Assembly (NCBI GenBank): GCA_948999435.1
Contig: CARJCM010000001.1
Location: 27-64,026 of the forward strand
Direction: 5' to 3'
Length of the DNA: 64,000 bases
Source: an uncultured Bacilli bacterium
GTDB lineage: Bacteria > Bacillota_I > Bacilli_A > RF39 > UBA660
Both the position numbers and the translations under genes were made by a program. This document shows, piece by piece, positions 20,659-30,855 of this stretch (its first letter is position 1; every line of letters begins with the position of its first letter). A model generated the notes under the pieces. It had not been told where the DNA came from. It saw only the letters and a program-made list of their open reading frames with translations, and ran no database searches.

Positions 20659-21825
20659 ATGAAAAAAAATATATTATTTGTTGTTGATGAAAAATGTATA
20701 GGTGGAGTATCTGTACTATTATGTGATATACTAAATATGAGTACTATAACCGAAAAAAATAATATAGATGTTTTAGTATTACACAATAGAGGAGAGGGAC
20801 TAAATAATCTTCCTAAAAGTATTAATTTAATATATGGTACAAAATATTTTGAAGCTGTAGATTTTTCAATAAAAGAAATATTAAAAGCCAAAAATATAAA
20901 ATTGTTATTAAAAAAAATTAGATTAATATTAGATTTAAAAACAGGAATGATAAAAAAGAGAATAATTAAAGAAAGAAAAAAAATTTTATCTAAAAAATAT
21001 GATTATGAAGTAGCATTTAAAGATGGATTTACTGCTATATTTACAGGATATGGAGAATCAACAATTAAATATCACTGGATACAATACGATTATAACATAA
21101 CTAACCCTAACAGAAGATACCCCAAAATATTCAAAGAGATTTTACCAAAATTTGATAAAATAATATCAGTATCAGAAGGAGTAAAAAAAGATTTTAACAA
21201 AATATACGATTTAGGAACTAAAGTAGAAGTTATTGAAAATGTTGTAGATATTAATCGTATCAAAGAAGAAGCTAAGAAAAAAAATAGTATTAACTTAAGC
21301 AAAAATAAAATAAATATAATTTGCGTAGGAAGATTAAATTTTTGCAAAGGTTATGATAGATTAATAGACGCTGTAAATAAATTAAATTTAGAAGGACTAT
21401 TTGATTCTGCTATAGTAAGGATATGTGGTGACGGACCAGAGCGTTTGGAATTAGAAAAAAAAATAAAACAATTTAACTTAAAAGAAAAAGTATTGTTATG
21501 CGGAATGGTTTCAAATCCTTATAAATATTATAAAAATAGTGATTTGTTTATTTTACCTTCAAGGTATGAAGCTTTTGGATTAGTTATAGTTGAGGCTTTA
21601 GCACTAGGGGTTCCGGTTCTTGCTACTAAAAATAGTGCAACCAAATCATTAATAATAAATAATTATAATGGCTTAATAGTAGATAATAATGATAATGATT
21701 TATATGAAGCTTTAAAAGCTATATTAAAAAATCCATCAAAAATAGTAACATATAAAAAGAACTTAAAAGATTATGAATATAATAATACCGATATTTTAAA
21801 TAAAATATCATCTTTATTTAAATAA
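20659..21825 (+). CDS. Glycosyltransferase family 4
   Basis: C-terminal EX7E region (SRYEAFGLVIVEALALGVPVLAT). Confidence 0.75.
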   Translation: MKKNILFVVDEKCIGGVSVLLCDILNMSTITEKNNIDVLVLHNRGEGLNNLPKSINLIYGTKYFEAVDFSIKEILKAKNIKLLLKKIRLILDLKTGMIKKRIIKERKKILSKKYDYEVAFKDGFTAIFTGYGESTIKYHWIQYDYNITNPNRRYPKIFKEILPKFDKIISVSEGVKKDFNKIYDLGTKVEVIENVVDINRIKEEAKKKNSINLSKNKINIICVGRLNFCKGYDRLIDAVNKLNLEGLFDSAIVRICGDGPERLELEKKIKQFNLKEKVLLCGMVSNPYKYYKNSDLFILPSRYEAFGLVIVEALALGVPVLATKNSATKSLIINNYNGLIVDNNDNDLYEALKAILKNPSKIVTYKKNLKDYEYNNTDILNKISSLFK

Positions 21826-21842
21826 AGAAACGGAGATTAATT

Positions 21843-23375
21843 ATGAATATACTAAAAGACGAAAAAAAACAAAAAATTTTACTATTTATATTTTTAATAA
21901 TTCAACCTATTTTAGATTGTTATATATTATACACTGACAAAATAATATCAATTTTTAAATTTTCTCCAACCACAATTATCCGATTAGTGTTTATTTTTAT
22001 TATGTGTTTATTTATTTTTTTAGGAAAGACATCTAAAAAAAATAAAATAATAATTACTATATATATGATTATAGTAGCAATATATAGTGGGATACATATA
22101 ATTTATGATTTAAATTTGCCAATAAGTAACTACAAGGTTTTTAGTTTTAACATTATATCAGAAGTTTTTTATATAATAAGAATGTTGCTCCCATTTGGGG
22201 TAGCCTTTTTAGCTTATTCAATAAAATTTAGTAAAAAGGAGTTTATGCATGTCATATACGGAGTTCTTTTACTTACATCTTCTATAATAGTAATATCAAA
22301 TATTTTTAGTATATCACTAGCTAGTTATGGAAACGGAATAATAAAGGGAAATATTTTTAATTGGTTTTTTAATAAAAATAATTATGGGGTTTTAGATTTA
22401 GCAAGCAAGGGATGGTTTAATAGTGCTAATCAAATTAGTGGTTTATTTATGCTACTGCTTCCTATAGCTATATACTCTTTACTTGAAGAATTTAATAAGT
22501 ACAAAGTTTTTGCGATTTTAATTACATGTATAGCAATGATAATGTTAGGAACAAGGGTAGCTTCAAGTGGTTTTGCTTTAAATATAATTTTCATGCTAAT
22601 TGTTGAATTTATCTTAGTATTAATATGGAAAAAAAATATAAATTTAAAATCTTATATATCACTTGGAATAATACTTATAATTGGGGGAGTAATTTTAACA
22701 AAAGCTCCAGTAGTTTCTCAAATTTTAGGTGACTATTATAATAAAAATGATATCGAGTCATACGATGAGATTAATAATATAGTTAATCAATTCGATGATG
22801 ACACAGAAAATCCAAATGAAGATAACAAAAATGACAAAGATAATATAAGTATTGCTTATTTAGTTACAAAACTATCAATAAATCGTATTTATTACACAAA
22901 AGTGTATCCTGTTCAAGAACACGAAGATTTTTGGAGAGAATTTATATTTGAGATTCCAACAGAGAAAAAATTTGGCCAACGAAATATTGAATTGTTAATA
23001 ATTAAGGATATTGATAAAAAGCAACATCAAAAACTTACTCCAATTTTAGGCTATGGATATTCAAGATTTACCAATGCTTATTTATATCTAGAGCAAGATT
23101 TCTACGTTCACTACTATACAATCGGTCTTGTTGGTACAATACTTTTACTATCTCCTTATATAATTATTTCATTAATCTGTTCTTTATATATGCTTTTAAA
23201 GAAAAAAGTAGATTTCTTAGGGGTGGCAATGGTAATATCCTTAACTGAAGTAGTTGCTATATCTTACATAAGTGGACACATTGTGGATGAATTAATAGTA
23301 ACTTTATATATGGGATTTATACTAGGATACTTAATAAAAAGAACGGAGATGAAAAAAAATGAAACCGAAGATTAG
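21843..23375 (+). CDS. Wzy-like polymerase / O-antigen ligase-family membrane protein
   Basis: 510 aa, ~10-12 TM helices with a large extracytoplasmic loop, in a polysaccharide locus. Confidence 0.5.
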   Translation: MNILKDEKKQKILLFIFLIIQPILDCYILYTDKIISIFKFSPTTIIRLVFIFIMCLFIFLGKTSKKNKIIITIYMIIVAIYSGIHIIYDLNLPISNYKVFSFNIISEVFYIIRMLLPFGVAFLAYSIKFSKKEFMHVIYGVLLLTSSIIVISNIFSISLASYGNGIIKGNIFNWFFNKNNYGVLDLASKGWFNSANQISGLFMLLLPIAIYSLLEEFNKYKVFAILITCIAMIMLGTRVASSGFALNIIFMLIVEFILVLIWKKNINLKSYISLGIILIIGGVILTKAPVVSQILGDYYNKNDIESYDEINNIVNQFDDDTENPNEDNKNDKDNISIAYLVTKLSINRIYYTKVYPVQEHEDFWREFIFEIPTEKKFGQRNIELLIIKDIDKKQHQKLTPILGYGYSRFTNAYLYLEQDFYVHYYTIGLVGTILLLSPYIIISLICSLYMLLKKKVDFLGVAMVISLTEVVAISYISGHIVDELIVTLYMGFILGYLIKRTEMKKNETED

Positions 23376-24324
23376 TGTTATAATACCATGCTATAATGTA
23401 GAAAACTATATTGAGAAATGTATCGATAGCATATTTGAAGGAACACTGAAAGAAATAGAAGTTATTGCTATAAATGATGGGTCAAATGACAAAACAAGAG
23501 AAATCTTAGATAAATTACAAAAAAAATATAACAAATTAAATATTATTCACAAAGAAAATGAAGGTGTATCAATAGCGCGAAATATAGGATTAAAAAAAGT
23601 TAAAGGAGAGTATATTGCTTTTCTAGATAGTGATGATTGGGTAGATAAAGATATGTACAATAAATTATATCTTAAAGCAAAGGAAAATGATTATGATATA
23701 GTAGCATGTGACACAACCGCAGTATATCCAAATTATAATACTATTATTTCAAGCAATATAAACGATAAAACAAAAAGTAGTGAGGCATTAATGATAAATT
23801 CATATGCTGTTTTATGGAATAAAATATATAAAAGAGAAATATTAAAGGGTATGGAGTTTAAAGAAGGGATAAATTTCTGTGAAGATGTAATATTTCTTTA
23901 TCAATTATATCCGCGAGTAAAAAGAATTGGCGTTATCCATCAACCACTACATTTTTATTTACAAAGAGAAGGTTCTTTAACATATACATATGACAAGAAA
24001 CTATATCAATTAGTTGATGCTCTAGATTATATAATAGATTGGTATAAAAAAGAAAAAATATTTGATAAGTACATTAATGAAATTGAATATACCTATGTAA
24101 GATATTTATTTGCAACATTCATAAAAAGATTAGCAAAAACAAAGGATAAGAAGAAGTTTATTGAAGGCTATGAATTTGTAAATAAAAAAGTTAAAGATAA
24201 TTTTCCAAAATACAAAAGAAATATTTATTTAAAAACCTTTAATGCTAAAAATGTATATTTAAAACATTTTAATAAAATTATAGCTACTATAATATTTTAT
24301 ATAGAAAGAAATAAGTTGAATTGA
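23359..24324 (+). CDS. Glycosyltransferase family 2
   Basis: VIIPCYNVENYI...DGSND...LDSDD motifs. Confidence 0.75.
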   Translation: MKPKISVIIPCYNVENYIEKCIDSIFEGTLKEIEVIAINDGSNDKTREILDKLQKKYNKLNIIHKENEGVSIARNIGLKKVKGEYIAFLDSDDWVDKDMYNKLYLKAKENDYDIVACDTTAVYPNYNTIISSNINDKTKSSEALMINSYAVLWNKIYKREILKGMEFKEGINFCEDVIFLYQLYPRVKRIGVIHQPLHFYLQREGSLTYTYDKKLYQLVDALDYIIDWYKKEKIFDKYINEIEYTYVRYLFATFIKRLAKTKDKKKFIEGYEFVNKKVKDNFPKYKRNIYLKTFNAKNVYLKHFNKIIATIIFYIERNKLN

Positions 24325-24332
24325 GGCTGTAA

Positions 24333-24812
24333 ATGAAAAAAGTAATATTTATTGCCAGCACAGGCGGCCATTTGAATGAACTATTACAATTAGAGAATTG
24401 TTTTAATAATTATGATTATACGTTAATAACTGAAAAAACCAAAAGCAACATAAACTTAAAAAATAAATTTCCTGGAAGAGTTAAATATCTTACGCCAGGA
24501 ACATATACAACAAAAAAAGCAAAAATAGTATATCCCTTTAAATTTATCAAAAATTCAATTACATCTTTTTGGTATTTTATTAGAATAAGACCAGATGTCA
24601 TAGTTACAACTGGAACTCACACAGCAGTTCCGATGTGCTATATTGCTCACTGGTTTAGAAAAAAAGTAATATTTATTGAGACTTTCGCTAATAGTAATAG
24701 TCCAACAAAATCAGGGAAAATGATTTATCCTATTTCGAGCCATTTTATAATCCAATGGGAGTCAATGAAAGAATTTTATCCGAACGCTATATATGGTGGA
24801 TGGATATATTAA
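24333..24812 (+). CDS. Alg14-like glycosyltransferase membrane-anchoring subunit (PssD/Cps14F-like)
   Basis: N-terminal VIFIASTGGHLNELLQL matches the Alg14 GSGGH signature. ~160 aa. Confidence 0.6.
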   Translation: MKKVIFIASTGGHLNELLQLENCFNNYDYTLITEKTKSNINLKNKFPGRVKYLTPGTYTTKKAKIVYPFKFIKNSITSFWYFIRIRPDVIVTTGTHTAVPMCYIAHWFRKKVIFIETFANSNSPTKSGKMIYPISSHFIIQWESMKEFYPNAIYGGWIY

Positions 24813-24854
24813 AAACATAGTAAAATAAATTTAAATATGATATAATTTATGTAG

Positions 24855-25280
24855 ATGGTGAAGTATATGAAAGACAAAATAATAAAAGCTTTAAAATTTT
24901 TCGGTATATCAGGAATTGGCTGGATATTGGATATTATAACTTTTTCAAGTTTAAACTCTTTTTTTCATATAAATATTATAGTTGCAAATATTTTTAGTTC
25001 ATTTATTGCAATAACTTTTGTTTTTTTATCATCAACAAGAAAATTATTTCAAAATAATAGTAAAATTTCTCTAAAATATAAATATATAATATATTTACTC
25101 TACCAAATTGTAATTGTGTTATGTAGTTCATTCATTATTAATAGTGTTAATGATTTTGTTTTAGGATTAAATTTAGAATTTTTAGTTTCATATAGTAATA
25201 TTGTTGCTAAAATCATTGTAACTCCATTTACAATGATAATAAATTACATTGCTATGACTATAATAGTTGAAAAGTTATAA
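24855..25280 (+). CDS. GtrA-family small membrane protein (polyprenyl-P-sugar flippase component)
   Basis: 141 aa with 4 TM segments. N-terminal KxxKFxxxGxxGxxxD GtrA pattern. Confidence 0.65.
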   Translation: MVKYMKDKIIKALKFFGISGIGWILDIITFSSLNSFFHINIIVANIFSSFIAITFVFLSSTRKLFQNNSKISLKYKYIIYLLYQIVIVLCSSFIINSVNDFVLGLNLEFLVSYSNIVAKIIVTPFTMIINYIAMTIIVEKL

Positions 25281-25295
25281 AGGAGAATTATTATA

Positions 25296-26102
25296 ATGAA
25301 TAAAATAATGGTATTTATCCCGATGTATAATTGTGAAAAGCAAATAACACGAGTATTAAAACAATTTGATAATAAAGTTAGTAAATATATAAATGAAATA
25401 GTTGTTATAAATAATATAAGTACAGATAAAAGTGAGGAAAAGGTATTAGAGTATGCAAAAAATAACTCTAATAATAAAATTACTATACTTAGAAATCATG
25501 AAAATTACAATTTAGGAGGCTCGCATAAAGTAGCATTTGACTATGCAATAAAAAATAATTATGATTATTTAATAGTATTGCACGGAGATGATCAAGGCGA
25601 CATTCATGACCTTTTAGAATATTTAGATTCTAAAGAATATCAAAAATACGATGCTTTATTAGGAGCAAGATTTTTAAAACAATCAAAGTTAAGTGGCTAT
25701 TCGAAATTTAGAATATTTGGAAACAAAGTATATAATGTATTATTTAGTATTGCAATGAATAGAAAAGTAAAAGATTTAGGTGCAGGAATAAATATGTATA
25801 AGGTTGAAACTTTAAAAAAACGATATTACATTAAATATCCTGATAGATTAACATTTAATTGCTATATGCTTTTAGCAGTAAAAAGTTATAATCAAAATGT
25901 AAAATATTTTCCAATAACATGGAGAGAAGATGACCAAGTATCAAATGTAAAAATGCTATCTCAAGCTATTCAAACTTTTAAGATAGCTGTAAAATATAGA
26001 CTGTTTTCCACAAAATATTTAGAAAAAGAACATAGAGATAAAATAATAGAAGAATACAAGGCGAAAAAAATACATAGTAAAGGTGGTAGTCATGAAGAGT
26101 AA
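25296..26102 (+). CDS. Glycosyltransferase family 2
   Basis: VFIPMYNCEKQI...LHGDDQGD (DxD-type) motifs. Confidence 0.7.
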   Translation: MNKIMVFIPMYNCEKQITRVLKQFDNKVSKYINEIVVINNISTDKSEEKVLEYAKNNSNNKITILRNHENYNLGGSHKVAFDYAIKNNYDYLIVLHGDDQGDIHDLLEYLDSKEYQKYDALLGARFLKQSKLSGYSKFRIFGNKVYNVLFSIAMNRKVKDLGAGINMYKVETLKKRYYIKYPDRLTFNCYMLLAVKSYNQNVKYFPITWREDDQVSNVKMLSQAIQTFKIAVKYRLFSTKYLEKEHRDKIIEEYKAKKIHSKGGSHEE

Positions 26103-26835
26103 AATACATTTAATAATGCCAATGGGAGGCATGGGACATAGATTTAAAGAAAAAGGAATTAATACTCCTAAGCCTTTGATTGAGATTAATAATAAACCAT
26201 TTTTTTGGTGGGCAACTGAGTCTATAGCAAAGTTTGTTGATGTAGACATAACTTTTGTTGTACTAAAGTATCATGTTGATAATTTTAATATTGACAAAAT
26301 AATTAAAAAATACTACCCAAATGCTAATGTTGTAATAATCCCTGACGTATTAAATGGTGCGGTTCTTACTTGTTTAGAGGGATTAGACCACATTACTGAC
26401 AATTATCCAATAATATTCAACGATTGTGACCATTTATTTAAATGTAGTGCTTTTAATGAGTATTGTAAAAAAGGTGAGTTTACAGAAATAGATGGCGCAT
26501 TATTAACATTTAAAGCTGACGATTCTAAGTTTAGCTATTTAAAGTATAATGATGAGGGGAAAATTATAGGAACAATAGAAAAAGAAGTAGTAAGTTCTGA
26601 CGCTATATGTGGATCATATTATTTTAAAAATAAAAATATTTTTATATCTAGTGCTAAAGAGTATTTAAATTATTGTAATTATAATGAGTATTATATTAGT
26701 GGGATTTATAATATAATGATAAATAATGGTAAAAAAATCAATAAATTTGAAGTAGACTTTCATTTAGCTTTTGGTACTCCTGAAGAATATATAGATGCAA
26801 AGGATTCAAAATATTTTTTGGAGATTGAAAAATGA
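26092..26835 (+). CDS. Sugar-phosphate/phospho-alcohol nucleotidyltransferase (LicC/IspD-like cytidylyltransferase fold)
   Basis: N-terminal MPMGGMGHRFKEKGINTPKPLIEINNKP resembles the LicC-type G-loop. Start corrected to the ATG at 26092 with a GGTGG RBS. Confidence 0.6.
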   Translation: MKSKIHLIMPMGGMGHRFKEKGINTPKPLIEINNKPFFWWATESIAKFVDVDITFVVLKYHVDNFNIDKIIKKYYPNANVVIIPDVLNGAVLTCLEGLDHITDNYPIIFNDCDHLFKCSAFNEYCKKGEFTEIDGALLTFKADDSKFSYLKYNDEGKIIGTIEKEVVSSDAICGSYYFKNKNIFISSAKEYLNYCNYNEYYISGIYNIMINNGKKINKFEVDFHLAFGTPEEYIDAKDSKYFLEIEK

Positions 26836-28721
26836 TATATTTAATTCTGGCAATACTATTATTAATATTAGCGCACATATTTAAAACATATAGATTAAAA
26901 CAATTTATAGAATTATATGAAGAGCCAAATCAAAGCAGAATAATAGAATCTTTATCTTTAAGTTACATCATAAATTTTTTTATACCATATAAACTTGGAG
27001 ATATTTTTAGAGCATGGTTTATGGGGCGAAAAATGAAAAATGGGCTTTCATTTTCGCTTGCGTTAGTTATTATTGACCGTATATTAGATGTAATAATGGT
27101 AGGTATAATATTTATAATGTTATATTTTGTAGGAATTAGAGCTCCAGAAATATACTCTTCAATTTGTTTCTATGTAGTATTATCAGTAAGTTTTATTATT
27201 ATAATATTTTTAGCTTATAAATTAAATTATTTTGTTAAAATCACAGTTAAAAAGATAGCTAATATTTTTAATGAAGAGATAGAATTAAAGATATTAAAGT
27301 TCTCATGGTTTCTTATAACATCTTTTAAAGATATGCTTGATAAAATAAATAAAAGAAAATTAATCATTTTCACACTTATAATGTGGGCACTATATTTATC
27401 ATCATATTATTTCTTTGCTTTAGCATCCCAATCATTCTTTTATAATACAAATTTTGCAGAAGTATTTATAAGTCTATTTTCAAATAGTAGTTTAGATTTA
27501 TCAACTACATCTGTATCGCTAAATAATCATTTAATGTTGATATATATGTTTATTCCTTTAATTATTTTAATAATCATATCTAAAATATATCCTCGTTTTA
27601 AAAAAAATAAAAAAAGTAATAATAGTTATTTAGAGTTGTTACCTCAAGCAAATATTAAAGAAAGACTAGTATTTTTAGAAGGATATTTTTCATCTAAAAG
27701 CAGTGAGTATTACAACAACTATATTGATTTAAATCGTGATATTTCAATACTTCAAGATTTCTCAGCAGGAAGTAATGCTACAACTATGTTATGTACTCAC
27801 AATAATAAAATGTTTTTTAGAAAATATAGCTTTGGAAAAGATAGTTTAAAATTATATGAACAAGTTAAATGGCTTCAAAACCATGAAAGTGATATTCCAT
27901 TAACTAAAATACAAAATGTTAAGTGGAAAGAAAAAGGGGAATATTGTGCTTATGACATGCCATACAAAAAAGAAGCAATTAGTTGTTTTAATTATGTCCA
28001 TTCAGTGCCAATAAAAGAGGCATGGAGTACATTAAAAATAGTTTTGGATTCATTAGAAAAATTATATGATAAAAGCAGAATCAATTCAAATAAAAAAAGT
28101 ACAGAAAAATATATTTTTGAAAAAGTTGAAAAGAATATTGAAAAAATTGAGAATGGTAAATACATAAAGCCGTTATTGAAATATGACACACTGATTATAA
28201 ATGGTCAAAAATATAAAAATCTACGATATTTTAAATCAATTTTAAATAGCGAATACTTATATAATTTATTTAAAAATGAAACATACGCTGACATACATGG
28301 TGATTTAACAATAGAAAACATCATATGCCTAAATAACAAAAAGAATAACAATTTTTATATAATTGATCCAAACACTGGAAATATTCATAATTCACCTAAT
28401 TTAGATTATGGGAAATTACTTCAATCTTTACATGGTGGATACGAATTTTTAATGAATACTAAAAATATTGAAGTAAATAATAACAATATAAATTTTTTAT
28501 CAACAAAATCTAAGGTATATGACGATTTATATAAAAAATATGATGATTACTTAAATACAAAATTTTCAAAAATCACAGTTAAAAATATTTATTATCATGA
28601 AATAATTCATTGGCTAAGATTAATGCCATACAAAATTGAAAAAAATGGTGAGAGATCAGTTATATTTTACGCACAATTAATTATTATTCTAAATTATGTT
28701 AAAGAAAGATTTGGTGAATAA
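26832..28721 (+). CDS. Fusion protein: N-terminal multi-TM domain (UPF0104/flippase-like) + C-terminal choline/aminoglycoside-kinase-like domain
   Basis: ~6 TM helices in the first 250 aa. C-terminal HGDLTIENIICL...YIIDPNTG matches the APH/ChoK Brenner and DxG motifs. Confidence 0.6.
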   Translation: MIYLILAILLLILAHIFKTYRLKQFIELYEEPNQSRIIESLSLSYIINFFIPYKLGDIFRAWFMGRKMKNGLSFSLALVIIDRILDVIMVGIIFIMLYFVGIRAPEIYSSICFYVVLSVSFIIIIFLAYKLNYFVKITVKKIANIFNEEIELKILKFSWFLITSFKDMLDKINKRKLIIFTLIMWALYLSSYYFFALASQSFFYNTNFAEVFISLFSNSSLDLSTTSVSLNNHLMLIYMFIPLIILIIISKIYPRFKKNKKSNNSYLELLPQANIKERLVFLEGYFSSKSSEYYNNYIDLNRDISILQDFSAGSNATTMLCTHNNKMFFRKYSFGKDSLKLYEQVKWLQNHESDIPLTKIQNVKWKEKGEYCAYDMPYKKEAISCFNYVHSVPIKEAWSTLKIVLDSLEKLYDKSRINSNKKSTEKYIFEKVEKNIEKIENGKYIKPLLKYDTLIINGQKYKNLRYFKSILNSEYLYNLFKNETYADIHGDLTIENIICLNNKKNNNFYIIDPNTGNIHNSPNLDYGKLLQSLHGGYEFLMNTKNIEVNNNNINFLSTKSKVYDDLYKKYDDYLNTKFSKITVKNIYYHEIIHWLRLMPYKIEKNGERSVIFYAQLIIILNYVKERFGE

Positions 28722-29277
28722 AATGAAAAAATTAGCTTTATTAGACTTAGACGGAACCTTATTCGATACAACACTAGTAAATTATTATGCATATAGCCAA
28801 GCTTTAAATGAACAAGGATATGAAATTAATAAAGAATACTATTGTAATCAATGTAATGGTAGAGATTATCATTATTTTATTCCTAAAATAGTAAATGATG
28901 ATAGCAAAATAGTTGAAATAGTTCATAACAGAAAAAAAGAGTTATATAGTCGATTTTTAAAAGAGGCGAGAATAAATACGCATTTATTTACATTTTTAGA
29001 AAGTATAAAAAATGATTATTATTTAGCAATATGTACAACAGCATCCAAAAAAAATACTTATCAAATTCTTGAATATTTTAAAAAAAAAGATTTATTTGAT
29101 TTAATTGTTACTCATGACGACGTAAAAAAAGCTAAGCCTGACCCAGAGATTTTTAATTACGCTATTTCGCATTTCAAAGTAAAACCTGAAGACACAATTA
29201 TATTTGAAGATTCTGAAGTTGGGATTGAAGCGGCACAAAAAACAAAAGCTAATATTTTCGTTGTAAAAAAGTTTTAG
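28696..29277 (+). CDS. HAD-superfamily hydrolase (subfamily IA phosphatase/beta-PGM-like)
   Basis: LLDLDGTLFDT motif I, K..KPDPEIF motif III. The likely true start is the internal MKKLALLDLDG. Confidence 0.7.
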   Translation: MLKKDLVNKMKKLALLDLDGTLFDTTLVNYYAYSQALNEQGYEINKEYYCNQCNGRDYHYFIPKIVNDDSKIVEIVHNRKKELYSRFLKEARINTHLFTFLESIKNDYYLAICTTASKKNTYQILEYFKKKDLFDLIVTHDDVKKAKPDPEIFNYAISHFKVKPEDTIIFEDSEVGIEAAQKTKANIFVVKKF

Positions 29278-29286
29278 GAGGAAAAA

Positions 29287-30855
29287 ATGAAAAAGAAAGA
29301 TTTTAAATATATACTAATAGGAATTGCATATTTTGTAATAACCTTTTTTACTGATAAAAATATATTTAACTTTGAAAAACTAAATATAGCAAACTATATA
29401 TGTTGTAAAATAATTATGTTAATCATATTAATATTAGGTAGTTTATTTATTTCAAAGGTTTTTAAAAAAGATAAAAAAAGTATTCAGTATTTAAAAAATT
29501 TTCTCATATATATTATCCCAATTTTATTACTTCTCTTTTTATTATGGCCAGGCAATTGGTTTGGCACAGATGTATACAATTTTTATAGTTTTACAACTAG
29601 ATGTGACTTTCTTTATTATTTAAATTACCTTTCAAGCGTTTTTTATATTGTAGGATATATGTTATTTCCTTGCGTTAGTGGTGCAATAATTTTACAAACT
29701 ATTATCTTCGGAATAGTATTCAGCTATATTATCACTAATTGCTACGAAATATATAATAGTAAGAGTGTATATCTTTTAGCTATCCCATTCTTCTTATTCC
29801 ATACCATATTTTATACATTTTTTGCCAACAGACCAATAATGTATGGGATATTTTACTTATTACTAATTAGTATAATTGTAATAGACTATCTAAAAAAGAA
29901 TAATGAATTAAAAATAACAAAATTATTAGTAATAGCAATTTTAACATCTATAGTTGGTTTTTGGCGAAGTGAAGCAATATATTTATTTATTGCAATTCCT
30001 GTAATTCTATTTGTAACATATAAAATTTCTCTAAATATTAAAAATATTATAAAAATAATAATGATATTTATATTGGGATACGCTATAATTTCCATGCCCC
30101 AACGAATGTATTACAACAAAAATTCTTATGAAAAGTCATCTAGAAATTTACCAATGTTTGTTGGAGGGTTATCATATATGTTAACTTACGATTTAAAAGG
30201 GGATAATTTAGAAAAAGACTTAGCAAATATTGATAAAGTATTAGACGTAGAATCTATGAAAAAATATGCATCTTATACAGATACACCTTGTATATGGTCA
30301 AATGAAAAATGTATTAAATCTAATTACACAGATGAAGAGTATTCTAATTTTATAAAGTCTTATGTTAATGTTATAAAGAATAATATACCAGTATTCATTA
30401 ATTCAAAGCTTCACACATTTGCTCTTGCCTCAGGCATTAACTATGATTACTTTACAACAATGAATTTATATAATGAAGAAAAGAGAACAATATTAGATAG
30501 AGAAGATTCAAAAAGCATAGTTGGCTATAAAGTTAGAAGAAAAATTTATTCAGTTATTGAGGGAAAAACAAATTCTAAAATATATAACAAAATTTATAAT
30601 CTTACAAATAACTTACTTATTCCACTTGGTTTAATATTAATAATTTTTATATATTCTATTATAAAACAAAAATTATTATATTTCCTTTTATCTGGAATGC
30701 TATTAGGACATTCACTAATACTATTTATCACATCTCCTGCTGCATATTTTATGTACTATTTTAATGTATATATGATTGGATGGTTTTTAGGCTTAGTATT
30801 TATTTTAGAAATAATTAAAAATAAAAAACTCAAAAATAATAGGAGAGAAGTATGA
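29287..30855 (+). CDS. Polytopic membrane protein (putative polymerase or GT-C-like transferase)
   Basis: 522 aa with >10 predicted TM helices and a ~150-aa soluble loop. Confidence 0.4.
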   Translation: MKKKDFKYILIGIAYFVITFFTDKNIFNFEKLNIANYICCKIIMLIILILGSLFISKVFKKDKKSIQYLKNFLIYIIPILLLLFLLWPGNWFGTDVYNFYSFTTRCDFLYYLNYLSSVFYIVGYMLFPCVSGAIILQTIIFGIVFSYIITNCYEIYNSKSVYLLAIPFFLFHTIFYTFFANRPIMYGIFYLLLISIIVIDYLKKNNELKITKLLVIAILTSIVGFWRSEAIYLFIAIPVILFVTYKISLNIKNIIKIIMIFILGYAIISMPQRMYYNKNSYEKSSRNLPMFVGGLSYMLTYDLKGDNLEKDLANIDKVLDVESMKKYASYTDTPCIWSNEKCIKSNYTDEEYSNFIKSYVNVIKNNIPVFINSKLHTFALASGINYDYFTTMNLYNEEKRTILDREDSKSIVGYKVRRKIYSVIEGKTNSKIYNKIYNLTNNLLIPLGLILIIFIYSIIKQKLLYFLLSGMLLGHSLILFITSPAAYFMYYFNVYMIGWFLGLVFILEIIKNKKLKNNRREV

